A DNA stretch of 63,996 nucleotides, counting the filler, from Malassezia furfur (lineage: Eukaryota), in NCBI GenBank assembly GCA_052055015.1. It is 4 parts of 4 records of this genome, joined end to end, with 100 filler letters (N's around TTAATTAATTAA, not from the genome) between each part and the next. Parts side by side here need not be neighbours in the genome. Positions count along the whole stretch, not along the records: positions 35,049 to 52,378 come from JBQJIT010000226.1; positions 52,479 to 63,996 come from JBQJIT010000357.1; 2 more parts are not named here. One strand, 5' to 3'. Positions 46,122-56,956 of this stretch are shown here, in pieces. Numbering within the stretch: position 1 is the stretch's first letter; each line of letters starts with the position of its first letter. The notes below the pieces were generated by a model. The model saw nothing but the letters and a program-made list of their open reading frames with translations. It was not told where the DNA came from and searched no databases. The position numbers and the translations under genes were made by a program.

Positions 46122-47445
46122 ATGAGCCGCCCAATTGTTCTGGTGACCGGCGCGAACGGCGGTGTGGGTTTGGGCGTGTGCGAGCGGCTCCTCGTGCAGT
46201 TCTCGAACCCATCTCCTCCGGACAGTGCTGCGCTGCGTGGCGGATCTAGCGAGGCCGCAGGGACGCCGTATGATGCTAGTGAAGGATGCACGCTCATCCT
46301 CGCGTGCCGCAACGCGACCAAGGCGCGCGCGGCCGTCGCCAAGCTCGAGGCGCTTCTTGAGAAACTCGGGGGTGGTGATGGTGCGCAAGAGAGCCCAGTG
46401 CAAAAGGGAGCGAGTTCGGCGGTGGATGCGGGCGCTGCCGACAATGTGCGTGCGCGCTTCACCAACGACCGCAGTGCGCCCGTTGCGGAACGCAATGCGC
46501 GCGCACTTGCCGCGTACCGCAAGAGTTTTGTGCGCGGAACACGGATCGAAGTGGTTTCGCTCGACCTTGCGAGTATTGCGAGCACACAGGCGTGCGTACA
46601 GACGGTGCGCGAGCGGTATCCGTACTTGACGCACCTTGTCCTGAATGCCGGCGGCGCGGCGTGGGCGGGGATCAACTGGCCATTGGCATTCTTTGAGATT
46701 TTGACCAACCTACACCGTGCTGTGACGCGGCCCTCGTACAAGCTGCAGCACCCCAGCGAGAAGACCGCGGATGGGTTCGGCTGGGTGTGGGAGATCAACT
46801 GTGGAATGCACTACGTGCTAGCGAACGGACTCGTACCGCACCTGCGTGCGTCTCCGTACCTAGCCGCGTCACGGATCATCTGGACGGGCTCGCTGGAGGC
46901 GAGTCGTGCGGACTACTGTGCGGATGATTTCCAGTGCCTGGACCCCCGGCGTTCGCCGCACGCGTACGAGTCGACCAAGTACCAGTGCGAGCTCGCGGCG
47001 CTCGGTATGGACGAGCGGTTGAAGACGCATGGCGGCGTGCGTGTGTACACGGCGCACCCTGGGATCGTGGCGAGCAGCATCTTCAGCGAGGTGATTCACG
47101 TGCTGCTGTTGTCGCTCATGAAGCTCGTCTTTTACGCGGTACGCGCATACTTGACTAACACAGGCACGTTGGACGTTCTCTCCGCACCACCCGATCGACG
47201 CGTACAAGGGTGCAGTGGCCGCGTCGTACGTCGCCGTGGCGCCTGCGGAGGCGCTCGACAGCACGGTGCGGTACGGCGCGCAGTGCACGTGGCTCGGGCA
47301 TGAGTATGTGCACGCCGGGCGTGTGGACGGCTGGACGCCCACCAACGATGCTGCGCCGGAGAACAGCGTGATGGTCGCGGCGCGCGATCTGCTGCATCGC
47401 TACGACGCGACGCTCCGCGCCGCGCTGGAGCCGCCGGCTGCGTAG
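46122..47445 (+). CDS. ERG27: 3-keto-steroid reductase (SDR); one 25-nt intron
   Basis: VLVTGANGGVGLGVCERL, LILACRN, LVLNAGG, YESTK (YxxxK), HPGIVAS. Confidence 0.88.
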
Positions 47446-47520
47446 CCTCCACATAGATCCCCGATGCGACGCGTTTAGGTCCCCGGGGCCAGGGTGCGCG
47501 GCGTGTTGGAAGGGGCGTCG

Positions 47521-50343
47521 ATGTCGCTCTTACGGCGTGCGGTTGCAACGCAGCTACGTTCCGCGGGGATTCGCCGTGCGTCTGGGCTTGCACGCAATGC
47601 GTACTCTCCGGCAATGCACAGCCTACGTGGCACGGCGCTGCGTCCGGTGATGCCGCCGGTGGCGTTCCAGCGGCAGGTGCATGTGCGGGCGATCAGTACG
47701 AGTTCGGGGATTCCCAAGTTTATGATGCGCATGGTGCGCCTGCCGCTGTACGGCATGGCGGGTGCGACCGGCCTCTATGCGTACACGAACTACAAGCTGG
47801 ACGAGTTCAAGGGCAAGCTGAGCAGCTTTTTCGGCTCGGCGTCGGACACGGCGTCGGGTGTATACGACTCGCTGAGTTCGCGCACGAACAGTGCGCTCGA
47901 GGGCGCACGCAGCTCCTGGGCGTCGTTCTGGGACCGTTTCCAGTCCAACTTTGAGCAGGCGCGCGAGGAAGAGGCCGAGCAGGAGCGTGGCGACGAGTCG
48001 AACCGCCCGGACCCCGAGCCGAACCACGACGGGGTGCTGGCGGCGGCCGCAGCGGCGCTCGGCGCGACGCTGAGTGGCGGCGAGGGCGAGGACGAGCACT
48101 CCGGGGCTGCCGAGGAGGGTGGGCCGAAGCCTGCGCCCGGCAGCTCCGAGGAGCTGATGCTGCTGACGCGCAAGCTGATCGAGGTGCGCAACATCCTCAA
48201 GTCGGTCGACCACGACAGCGACCAGCTGGTGCTGCCGAGCATTGTGGTGATTGGCTCGCAGAGCAGCGGCAAGAGCAGTGTGCTTGAGTCGATTGTCGGC
48301 CACGAGTTCCTGCCGAAGGGCAACAACATGGTGACGCGGCGTCCGATCGAGCTGACGCTGGTGCATGTGCCGCCCGGCGAGGTGCCGAGCGACGGGATCG
48401 TCGAGTACGGCGAGTTCCCCGGCACCGGGCTGGGCAAGGTGACCGACTTTGTGCGCATCCAAAAGGTGCTGTACGACATGAACATGGCCGTCCCGCGCGA
48501 GGAGTGCGTGAGCGACAAGCCGATTGAGCTGCACATCTACAGCCCGCATGTGCCGGATCTGTCGTTGATCGACCTGCCCGGCTACGTGCAGCTGAGCTCG
48601 ATGGACCAGCCCGAGGAGCTGCGCGAGAAGATCTCCAACCTGGTGTTCAAGTACATCCAGGAGCCCAACGTGATCCTCGCGGTGAGCGCCGCGGACGTCG
48701 ACCTCGCCAACTCGCCGGCGCTGCGTGCGAGCCGCAAGGTGGACCCGCTCGGGATGCGCACGATCGGCGTGATCACCAAGATGGACCTCGTCCCGCCCGA
48801 GACGGGCGCGGCGATCCTCAACAACAACAAATACCCCCTGTCCCTCGGGTACATTGGCGTGATCTGCCGCTCGCCCGAGCCGGTGAACCACTCGGTGTTC
48901 TCGATGAAGCGCGCCAACCCCATCGAGCTCACCCAGGAGTTCGAGCGGAACTACTACCGCGAGCATGCCGACGCCTTCCAGGCGCCGCACCGCGGCCGCA
49001 ACGCAGGCGTCGCGCCCATGGTCGGCACCGACAAGCTGCGCCAGCGGCTCATGGTCGTGCTCGAGGAAAGCATGGGCGCGTCGCTGTCGGGCGTGTCGGG
49101 CGTGGTACGCTCCGAGCTGGAGGACGCCGCGTACCAGTTCAAGGTGCAGTACAACGACCGCACCATCACCGCCGAGAGCTACGTCACCGAGGTGATGGAC
49201 CTGCTCAAGCAGCGCTTCAAGCTGTTTGCCAACAGCTTCGGCAAGCCTGAGATGCGCGTCCTGCTCAAGCAGGCGCTCGACGACAAGGTGATGGACATCC
49301 TCGCGCAGATCTACTGGTCGGACGACTCGGTCCTCGCGCTCACCGAGCAGGGCGACAAGCGCCGCGTGACGCCCGACGAGCTCAGCCCCGAGTGGATGCA
49401 CAAGCTCGACGCGGCCACTGGCGCGCTGACCAAGAGCGGCATCGGCCGCACCAGCACGCAGCTCGTCGCCAACACGATCCGCGCGCAGCTCGAGCAGCTC
49501 GCGCTCGCGGAGCCGTTCAACTATCACGTCGAGACCGCCGAGCGCATCCTGGCGTTTGGCTCGGCGCTGCTGCGCGACCGCTTCACGATCACCGCTGACC
49601 AGGTGGAGAACTGCGTGAAGCCGTACAAGTACGAGGTCGAGATCGACCGCCGCGAGTGGGAGCAGGGACGCAAGCAGTCCGAGGAGCTGATGCGCGCGGA
49701 GCTTGCCATGTGCAAGGACGCCTACGACCGCCTGCGCAGTGCGATCGGCTCGCGCCGTCTGCGCGGCGCGATGGAGTACATCACGCAGCTCGAGGAGCGC
49801 GAGCGCCAACGCCTCGCGGCGCGCCTCGAGGTGAACGGCGACGCGGAGGCACTCGAGGCGCTCGCGCAGGACGACCAGAACGATCCGACGCGCCCCGGCT
49901 TCAACGCCGCACTGCTGAGCAAGGCGCGCGAGGCGCGCTTCCTCCAGGACCGCGCAGGCATCCTGCAGCTGCGTCTTGCTGCGCTGCGCTCGCGCCGATG
50001 CAAGGCAGGGCCGGACCAGAAGGCATTCTGCCCCGAGTCGTTCCTGAACGCGGTGGCCGACAAGCTGACGTACACGGCGGTGATGTTCATCAACATTGAG
50101 CTCCTCGCCGAGTTCTTCTACCAGTTCCCGCGCGAGATCGACGCGCGTCTCGGCTACGACATGAGCAAGGAGGAGATGCTCGCATTCGCGCGGCAGAACC
50201 CGTCCATCCGCAAGCACATCGACCTCCAGGAGCGCAAGCAGAAGCTCGAGGCGGTGATGCAAAAGCTCGACGAGCTCACCAAGCTCTACCAGGACCGCGC
50301 GCCACGCCGGCCCGTGCAGCAGTCCAAGTGGCGCTTCTTTTAG
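47521..50343 (+). CDS. MGM1: Mitochondrial dynamin-like GTPase Mgm1 (OPA1)
   Basis: Presequence, LPSIVVIGSQSSGKS, DLPG, TKMD, ELLAEFFYQFPRE. Confidence 0.96.
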   Translation: MSLLRRAVATQLRSAGIRRASGLARNAYSPAMHSLRGTALRPVMPPVAFQRQVHVRAISTSSGIPKFMMRMVRLPLYGMAGATGLYAYTNYKLDEFKGKLSSFFGSASDTASGVYDSLSSRTNSALEGARSSWASFWDRFQSNFEQAREEEAEQERGDESNRPDPEPNHDGVLAAAAAALGATLSGGEGEDEHSGAAEEGGPKPAPGSSEELMLLTRKLIEVRNILKSVDHDSDQLVLPSIVVIGSQSSGKSSVLESIVGHEFLPKGNNMVTRRPIELTLVHVPPGEVPSDGIVEYGEFPGTGLGKVTDFVRIQKVLYDMNMAVPREECVSDKPIELHIYSPHVPDLSLIDLPGYVQLSSMDQPEELREKISNLVFKYIQEPNVILAVSAADVDLANSPALRASRKVDPLGMRTIGVITKMDLVPPETGAAILNNNKYPLSLGYIGVICRSPEPVNHSVFSMKRANPIELTQEFERNYYREHADAFQAPHRGRNAGVAPMVGTDKLRQRLMVVLEESMGASLSGVSGVVRSELEDAAYQFKVQYNDRTITAESYVTEVMDLLKQRFKLFANSFGKPEMRVLLKQALDDKVMDILAQIYWSDDSVLALTEQGDKRRVTPDELSPEWMHKLDAATGALTKSGIGRTSTQLVANTIRAQLEQLALAEPFNYHVETAERILAFGSALLRDRFTITADQVENCVKPYKYEVEIDRREWEQGRKQSEELMRAELAMCKDAYDRLRSAIGSRRLRGAMEYITQLEERERQRLAARLEVNGDAEALEALAQDDQNDPTRPGFNAALLSKAREARFLQDRAGILQLRLAALRSRRCKAGPDQKAFCPESFLNAVADKLTYTAVMFINIELLAEFFYQFPREIDARLGYDMSKEEMLAFARQNPSIRKHIDLQERKQKLEAVMQKLDELTKLYQDRAPRRPVQQSKWRFF

Positions 50344-50359
50344 GTCTATACCAAACTAG

Positions 50360-50815
50360 TGTGTACCGCGAGTGGCGTGGCCCATGCGGGGCAAGCGCAT
50401 GTGCCTCGCGGCTGCCCAGAGGCAGCCGATGCCACGTAGCGCCAGCGCGCCCCTCTCTCGTGACACAGACGAAAGGCAGGGCGCGCCTCGTTTTCGGCGG
50501 GCTATGACTCAAACCCCGGCCAAGGAGAGCAGCACGCACTAGGCGCCTGCGGGCTCGGTGCTCTTAAGACCCGTCTTTTGCGCGCACACGGCGCAGACTG
50601 ACTGATACGCGATGTAGCGAAGAAATGGATTCGGGCGCAACTACTGCTACGTTAGTATTGCTCGCGCAGCATTGCGCAGGCTCAGCCAGTCACGTCTCGT
50701 CAACAGCAGCACGCGTGTGTGGCGTGTGCCTCGGCCAAGAGATGCCAGTTTGTGTGCTTCGCACAGCTCGTCCCAGCCCGCGCTCGCGACTTACCTTGCC
50801 TGTGGAGGGAGGTGG
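50360..50815 (-). ncRNA. Candidate spliced, structured non-coding transcript (possible snoRNA host), divergent from RPS3
   Basis: GTAAGT (50794)...TACTAAC...TAG (50647) intron with no ATG in the upstream exon; hairpins whose G-U pairs work on the minus strand. Confidence 0.35.
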
Positions 50816-50918
50816 GCAGCCAGGCGGAGCGGGTCACGTGAGCAAATGTAGTTCCAAAGGGGGGGCAGGAAGCGCATACCTCCTCTTTCTTGCCCTTCAC
50901 AGGTTGACCATCACGACA

Positions 50919-51704
50919 ATGGCGTCTGCTATCATTTCGAAGAAGAGGAAGTTTGTTGCCGACGGTGTCTTCACCGCCGAGCTCAACGAGTTCTTCACCC
51001 GCGAGCTCGCCGCTGAGGGCTACTCGGGCTGCCTTGTGCGTGTCAACCACGTCCGCACCGAGATCATCATCCGCGCTACGCACACCCAGGAGGTGCTCGG
51101 TGACAAGGGCCGCCGCATCCGCGAGCTCACCTCGCTCGTGCGCCAGCGCTTCCGCTTCCCCGAGGGCTCGCTCGAGCTCTACGCCGAGAAGGTGCAGAAC
51201 CGTGGCCTGCACGCCGTGGCTCAGTGTGAGTCGCTGCGCAACAAGCTGCTCGGTGGTCTCCCTGTCCGCCGTGCCGCCTACGGTGTGCTCCGCTTCGTGA
51301 TGGAGTCGGGCGCCAAGGGTTGCGAGGTCATCATCTCGGGCAAGCTCCGTGCCGCCCGTGCCAAGAGCATGAAGTTCAACGACGGCTTCATGATCCACAC
51401 CGGTCAGCCCGTGAAGGACTTCGTCGACGAGGCCGTGCGCCACGTTCTGATGAAGCAGGGTGTGCTGGGTATCAAGGTCAAGATCATGCACGGCTGGGAC
51501 CCCGAGGGCCGCGTGGGCCGCCCCTTCCCGCTGCCCGACGCGGTTACCATCCTCGAGCCCAAGGAGGATGTGCCGGTCACTGCTCCCATGTCGGAGGCGC
51601 GCAACGGCCCTGCGATCGAGCCGCCGTCGGCGCAGGTCTCGCAGGAGTTCCCTGCCGAGGCCCTGCAGGGCCAGGGCGGTGTGCCGCAGCCCGCCGCGTT
51701 CTAA
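50919..51704 (+). CDS. RPS3: 40S ribosomal protein S3 (uS3)
   Basis: [47 protein letters not shown]. Confidence 0.98.
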   Translation: MASAIISKKRKFVADGVFTAELNEFFTRELAAEGYSGCLVRVNHVRTEIIIRATHTQEVLGDKGRRIRELTSLVRQRFRFPEGSLELYAEKVQNRGLHAVAQCESLRNKLLGGLPVRRAAYGVLRFVMESGAKGCEVIISGKLRAARAKSMKFNDGFMIHTGQPVKDFVDEAVRHVLMKQGVLGIKVKIMHGWDPEGRVGRPFPLPDAVTILEPKEDVPVTAPMSEARNGPAIEPPSAQVSQEFPAEALQGQGGVPQPAAF

Positions 51705-52109
51705 GTTGCGCACCGGCATATCTGCTTCTACCTTCTATTCGAAGCGTGCCGTGGTTGAATGTGCGCTCTATAGTGTGATGTCCTTGTAGAGACGCGCTGT
51801 GCCCTGCGGCTGCGCTTGCCAAAATTTCCACGCCTATGGCATGCCAGGGTGCGAAGCCCCCAGGCGCGCGACTGTGCGCGCATGTGACTTGCTAGAACTG
51901 CGGCAAGTGCCGCGTTGGGATAGGGTAGATGTGCAATTTCCACGTCCCTTTCCAGACTGCCGGGCGGTCGCGCGAGCGCTGGGTCGGTTTGCCGTTTTCT
52001 TCCTCTCTCGACGTTTGGGTGGTGCGTAGACCGGCGCTGTGCTGCGTGCACACGCCTAGAATACCGTACTTACACACAGCAGACACTCTAAGCCCAAAAA
52101 GACAAAAGA

Positions 52110-52378
52110 ATGTCGGTTGCGAGCACGAACCCGTTCCAGCTGCTCGGCGATGACGGCGCGGACGCAGCGCCCATCAAGGCCGCTGCCCCCGCTGCCGCGC
52201 AGCCCAAGCAGCAGCAGCGCACCGTGCCCGGTGCTGCGCGCCCCGCGCAGAAGACTGCGGAGCCCGCTTCGGACGCGCCGCTCCCCCGCGAGGGCGACCT
52301 GCGCCAGCCGCGCAACAGCCGCGGTGACCGTGAGCGCGGTGGCCGCGGCGGCAGCCGTGGTGGCCGCAGCGGTGAGCG
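52110..52378 (+). CDS. STM1: Stm1/SERBP1-like RNA-binding protein; 3'-partial at gap
   Basis: MSVASTNPFQLLGDD N-terminus and RGG repeats. Confidence 0.7.
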
Positions 52379-52478
52379 NNNNNNNNNNNNNNNNNNNNNN
52401 NNNNNNNNNNNNNNNNNNNNNNTTAATTAATTAANNNNNNNNNNNNNNNNNNNNNNNNNNNNNNNNNNNNNNNNNNNN
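52379..52478. other. Artificial contig linker
   Basis: N44-TTAATTAATTAA-N44. Confidence 0.98.
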
Positions 52479-54022
52479 TGCGGCGCGCGCCGCACGCGCC
52501 GCCCGCGGAGCGCGGCGACGAGCTGCTAGCCGTCGAGCCGGCCGTATCCGTGCTAAGCACCGCCCAGGCGTCCGCGCGCTGCCACTACTGCTTCCGGCCG
52601 TCACACCCGCTGCAGCGGTGCTCGCGGTGCAAGTTTGCGCACTACTGCAGCGAGGCCTGCCAGCGGCGCGCGTGGTCCGACGCGCGGCACCGCGACGAGT
52701 GTGCGGCGCTGCAGCGCTTCCAAGCAGCCGCGCACGACGCCGGGCACATGACCACCGACCCTGGCGCGGCGGTGCGGGCCGTTGCGCAGCTCGTATGGCA
52801 GCGGCGCAAGCACGGCCTCGAGAGCGCGTTCTGGCGCGGGATTGCGTCGATGCAGACACACCGCGCCGACATGCCTACGGAGCAGCTCGAGGAGTGCGCC
52901 CAGCTCGCGTTCCAGGTCGCGCAGTTCGTGTCGCCCGACGCGCTGCCGTCGTCCGGCTTTGCGAACGCGCGCGCGCTGCTCGACCTCGTGTGCGCGTTCC
53001 AGATCAACGCGTTCACGCTCGCCGACCCCCAGCTCGACCCGATCGGCGTGAGCGTCAGTGTCCCGATTGCACTGTGCAACCACGCGTGTGATCCCAACGC
53101 GGTGGTGGTGTTCCCGGTGGCCGGGCAGCGCACGATGCGGCTCGTGGCGATCCGGCGCATCGCGCCCGGCGACGAGGTGCGCACGTCGTACGTGGACCTG
53201 GCCGAGACGCGCGCCCAGCGCCAGGCGACGCTCGCGCGGCGCTACCTATTTACGTGCGCGTGTGCGCTGTGTCGGCGCAGCGCGCATCCACCGCCACACG
53301 ACACGGACCCCCGCACGGCGTGCTGGTGCCACCAGCGCGACTGTGCGGGGTGGTGTGCGCTGCCTGACTGGCGCGCGCTGCCAGTCGACGACGAAGCGGC
53401 CGCGGCGATGACCGGCGCGTGCAACCGGTGTGGGCGGTGCAACACGCTGCGCGACGCACCCGCGATCCATGCGCGCTGGCGCGACGCGCAGCAGCTCTCG
53501 GAGCGTGTGCAGACGGCGATGCACGGCTCGATGCACGGCGTGCCGCTCGACGAGCTGCTGCCAACGATCCGGTGGCTCGGCGCGCTGGTACCGCCGAGCA
53601 ATGCGCTGCTGTGGACGCTGCTGCATGCAGCGCACGTCCTGGCCATCGAGCAGACACGATACCCCGAGGCGACGCAGCTCGCGTTTGTGCTTTGTGCCGG
53701 CATGCAGGCACGCGGTGCGTCGTCGGACGATAGCATGCTGTACCCCCCCGGGCACCCGCTGCGTGCCGTGTTGCTGGCGACGCTCGGCAAGCTGCTGCTG
53801 CACGAGAGCACGCCGTGTGCGCCGCTGCTGCCGCGCGTGTCGGCGCTGCCGGCCGACCGCGGCGTGCAACTGGCGCTCGCGAAGCAGGCGCTCGTGCAGG
53901 CGCTCGACGAGGCCAAAATCGGCTTTGGGCGCGCGGTCGATGGCGGGGACGTGGCGCGCGAGGTGCGCGACGCGCTGCAGACGCTCGAAGAAGAACAGGC
54001 GGTGTTGGCACGTAGGCTATAA
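52479..54022 (+). CDS. SET and MYND domain (SMYD-type) lysine methyltransferase; 5'-partial
   Basis: MYND finger (CHYC..CSRC..YCSEACQ..W..H..EC), NHACDPN, GDEVRTSY, post-SET CACALC. Confidence 0.9.
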
Positions 54023-54348
54023 CTACACGATGCGGTCCCTGGGCTCGGTGCGCGCTGACGCGTCTTTCGGCGGCTCCTGGATATCGCCGAACCCGAGGTT
54101 CTTCATGTCGTCGCGTTCCATCAGGTCGCTGCGTGAGTGGCCGTGCGCACGTACTTGTCCATGCGGCACTGCAGGTACTTTTTGCTCAGGTGCCGACACG
54201 CGCCGTTGTCGTTCTTGTTGGCCTTCAGGCACTGCAGGTACTCTTTCATGACATCCTTACAGTCCCCGTAGTGGTCGAGCGGGAACGAGCCGCGCTCCGG
54301 GGGCAGCACCTGGAACATGGAAAACGTCGGCGGCCGTCCAAACGACAT
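54023..54348 (-). CDS. COX19: Cox19 twin CX9C cytochrome c oxidase assembly factor; one intron
   Basis: [25 protein letters not shown]...[26 protein letters not shown]. Confidence 0.95.
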
Positions 54349-54374
54349 GGCGGAAGTGGAGGCTCTGTGCCACG

Positions 54375-55901
54375 ATGCGGAGCCAGGGTGGGGCGCGGTC
54401 GGCGCCGCTCGACGGCGTCGTGCTCGAGACGGGCGCGTCGCATGTGCGCCTCGGCACGATCCCGATGCACAGCGGGGCCTTGCCGTACCTCGCGCGGCAC
54501 CCCAACGCCATCGCACGCACGCGCCCAGGCGTACGGCGCCAGGTGCTGGTCGGCAACGAGATCGAAGACGCGTGCCTCGACTATGGCGGCCTGCAGCTGC
54601 GCCTGCCCATCGACCGCGGCATGGTCGTCGACTGGGCCGCACAGAAGGCCGTGTGGGACCGCGCACTTGCGGAGCGCTTCGGCAAAAAGGGCGCGTCGTA
54701 CGACTCGTTCGGCGCGCTGCAGGGGCGGACGGTGGTGGTGACCGAGCCCTACTTTGCGCTGCCCGAGCAGCAGCGCGCATTCGATATGCTGCTCTTTGAC
54801 TGGTACCAAGCGGCAGCGATTTGGCGCACCATCCCCGCGCAGCTCGTGCCCTTTGCCGACCCGCGGCGCGCCGAATGCGTGCTGGTGGTCGACTGCGGCC
54901 AGAGTTACACCCATGCAGTGCCGATCGTGCGCGACGAGGTGCAGTGGCATGCCGTCAAGCGCCTCGACATGGGCGGCAAGATGCTCACCAACCTGCTAAA
55001 GGAGTCGTTCTCGTACAAACAGTGGAACATGATGGACGAGACGTTCCTCACTGACAAGATGAAGGCCGTCGCGTGCTTTGTCGCTGCGTCGGCCAGCGAC
55101 CTGGGCCCGCGCAATGCCGCCGACCCCCCACACGAATGGAGCTTTGCGCGCCTGGTCGACTACTTCCACGAGACCGACCACAACAAGATGGTGCAGTACT
55201 ATGTGCTCCCCGACTATGCGCAGCCCGAGGACGTGGCCGACCCCAAGACCAAGTTTGGCTACGTTGTCGCGGGCCCCGGCAGCATCGGCCGGACATACCC
55301 CACGCCGGAGTCGGAGGCCGAGGAGATCGACACATTCATGGTCGGCGACGGCTCAACCGACGACCCACCGGCGCCGAGCGATAGCCAAATGCTGCGGCTC
55401 GCGCAGGAGCGTTTCCAGCTGATGGAGCTGCTCTTTGCGCCGCAGCGGATCGGTACGTCGTCCTACTGATCCCGCAGGACTGGAGCAGGGCTCCCTGTCT
55501 GAGCTTGTCGCCGCGGCGATCCGCGGCGTCCCGGAAGAGTACCAGGAGCTGATGTGGGGCAACGTCGTGCTGGTGGGCGGCACGGCCGGGGCCAAAGGCC
55601 TCCGGCGTCGGCTGTACGTAAACGCGACTCACGCAGTGCCTATGAGCTACGGATGCTGGCGCCTGCAGACGTGCCCGTGGACGTGCGCCTCGCTGCCGAC
55701 CCCGTGATCGCACCGACGCTCGGGGCGCTGGCCTTGCTGCAGGCGCCCGCCGATACGCCCGAGGGCCAGTTCTTTGCGCGGCATTTGGTCACGCGCGAGG
55801 CGTATTTGAAAAACGGGGGCAGCTCCTCGACGCCCGGCGAGCGCGGGGGCAGTGTCCTGGGCGACGCGCGATTCGGCGACTGGAATGCGGTGCCCTCGTA
55901 A
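54375..55901 (+). CDS. ARP6: Actin-related protein Arp6 (SWR1 complex); 2 short introns
   Basis: [62 protein letters not shown]. Confidence 0.9.
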
Positions 55902-56034
55902 AAAAGGGGACGCCACACCCGATGTCCCACAACGCTCGGGCCACACGTAGTAATCAAGATCGGTCACATTCTCCGCGGGGTTGCCCGAAATGGCAACTGG
56001 CGCAGGACGTGCGCCGTGGGCTATGGCTACATAC

Positions 56035-56626
56035 TTAGTAGACGCCCGACTTGGCGATCTTGATCTGGCTCTTGGGCTTGCCGCTGCCGGTTCCCTCAGC
56101 CTCGATGGCCTTGACGACGTCCATGCCGTCGACGACCTCGCCGAAGACAACGTGCTTACCGTCGAGCTGCGGTTAGTACAGGTGTGCATGCGTGTGTGCG
56201 TACCCAAGGGGTCACCACGGTGGTGATGAACTGTGGCAGTGTTAGTCTCCATACATCCACACAGGATACGTACGAACTGCGAGCCGTTCGTGTTCGGGCC
56301 GGCGTTGGCCATCGAGAGCAGACCAGGCTTGTTGTGCTTGAGGTTGAAGTTCTCGTCAGCGAACTTCTGGCCGTAGATCGACTTGCCGCCCGTGCCGTTG
56401 CCGGCGGTGAAGTCACCGCCCTGGAGCATGAAGTCGGGGATCACACGGTGGAAGTTGGAGCCCTCGTAGCCGAAGCCCTTCTCGCCGGTGGCGAGTGCAC
56501 GGAAGTTGGCCGCGGTCTTGGGCACAACACTGGGTCAGACCAAAACACCTACTCGTCAAAGAGCTTGAACTTGATGGTGCCGAGAGGCGAGCCGTTCTTG
56601 GTGATGTCAAAGAAAACGTTGGACAT
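56035..56626 (-). CDS. CPR1: Cyclophilin A peptidyl-prolyl isomerase (Mala s 6 allergen-like); 3 introns; in-frame upstream ATG at 56677
   Basis: [55 protein letters not shown]. Confidence 0.95.
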
Positions 56627-56956
56627 GGTCAGGGAAGTAGCTGCGAATCGACGGGCAAACGTAGGCGCAAAGGCCATTTGGCTGTTAGGCGTGAGAACAA
56701 CACAGGTGCCTTGGGGGACACCAACACTTACACGATGGTTCGTTGAACTTTCGCACGGAGCGCACCGTTTTCCTTATATAGTGCCAGCGCAACGCACTTT
56801 TTAGTCCGTGCGCCAAAGCACGGCGCCGCCCCACGTTGTCGGCTCCGTGTGCAGGCTTCTATCGGCTTCGGTGATCAGCACGCGGCAGGCACATGGGCGC
56901 CGCCCACGTGGGACGTGCCCGAGGGGCCGCGCACGGCTTCTCCACATCGCAGCAGC

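Noticed and set aside
50789..50900. ACTTACCT as the 5' end of U1 snRNA
   Set aside because: No U1-70K or U1A loop motifs or Sm site follow; better explained as a minus-strand GTAAGT splice donor.
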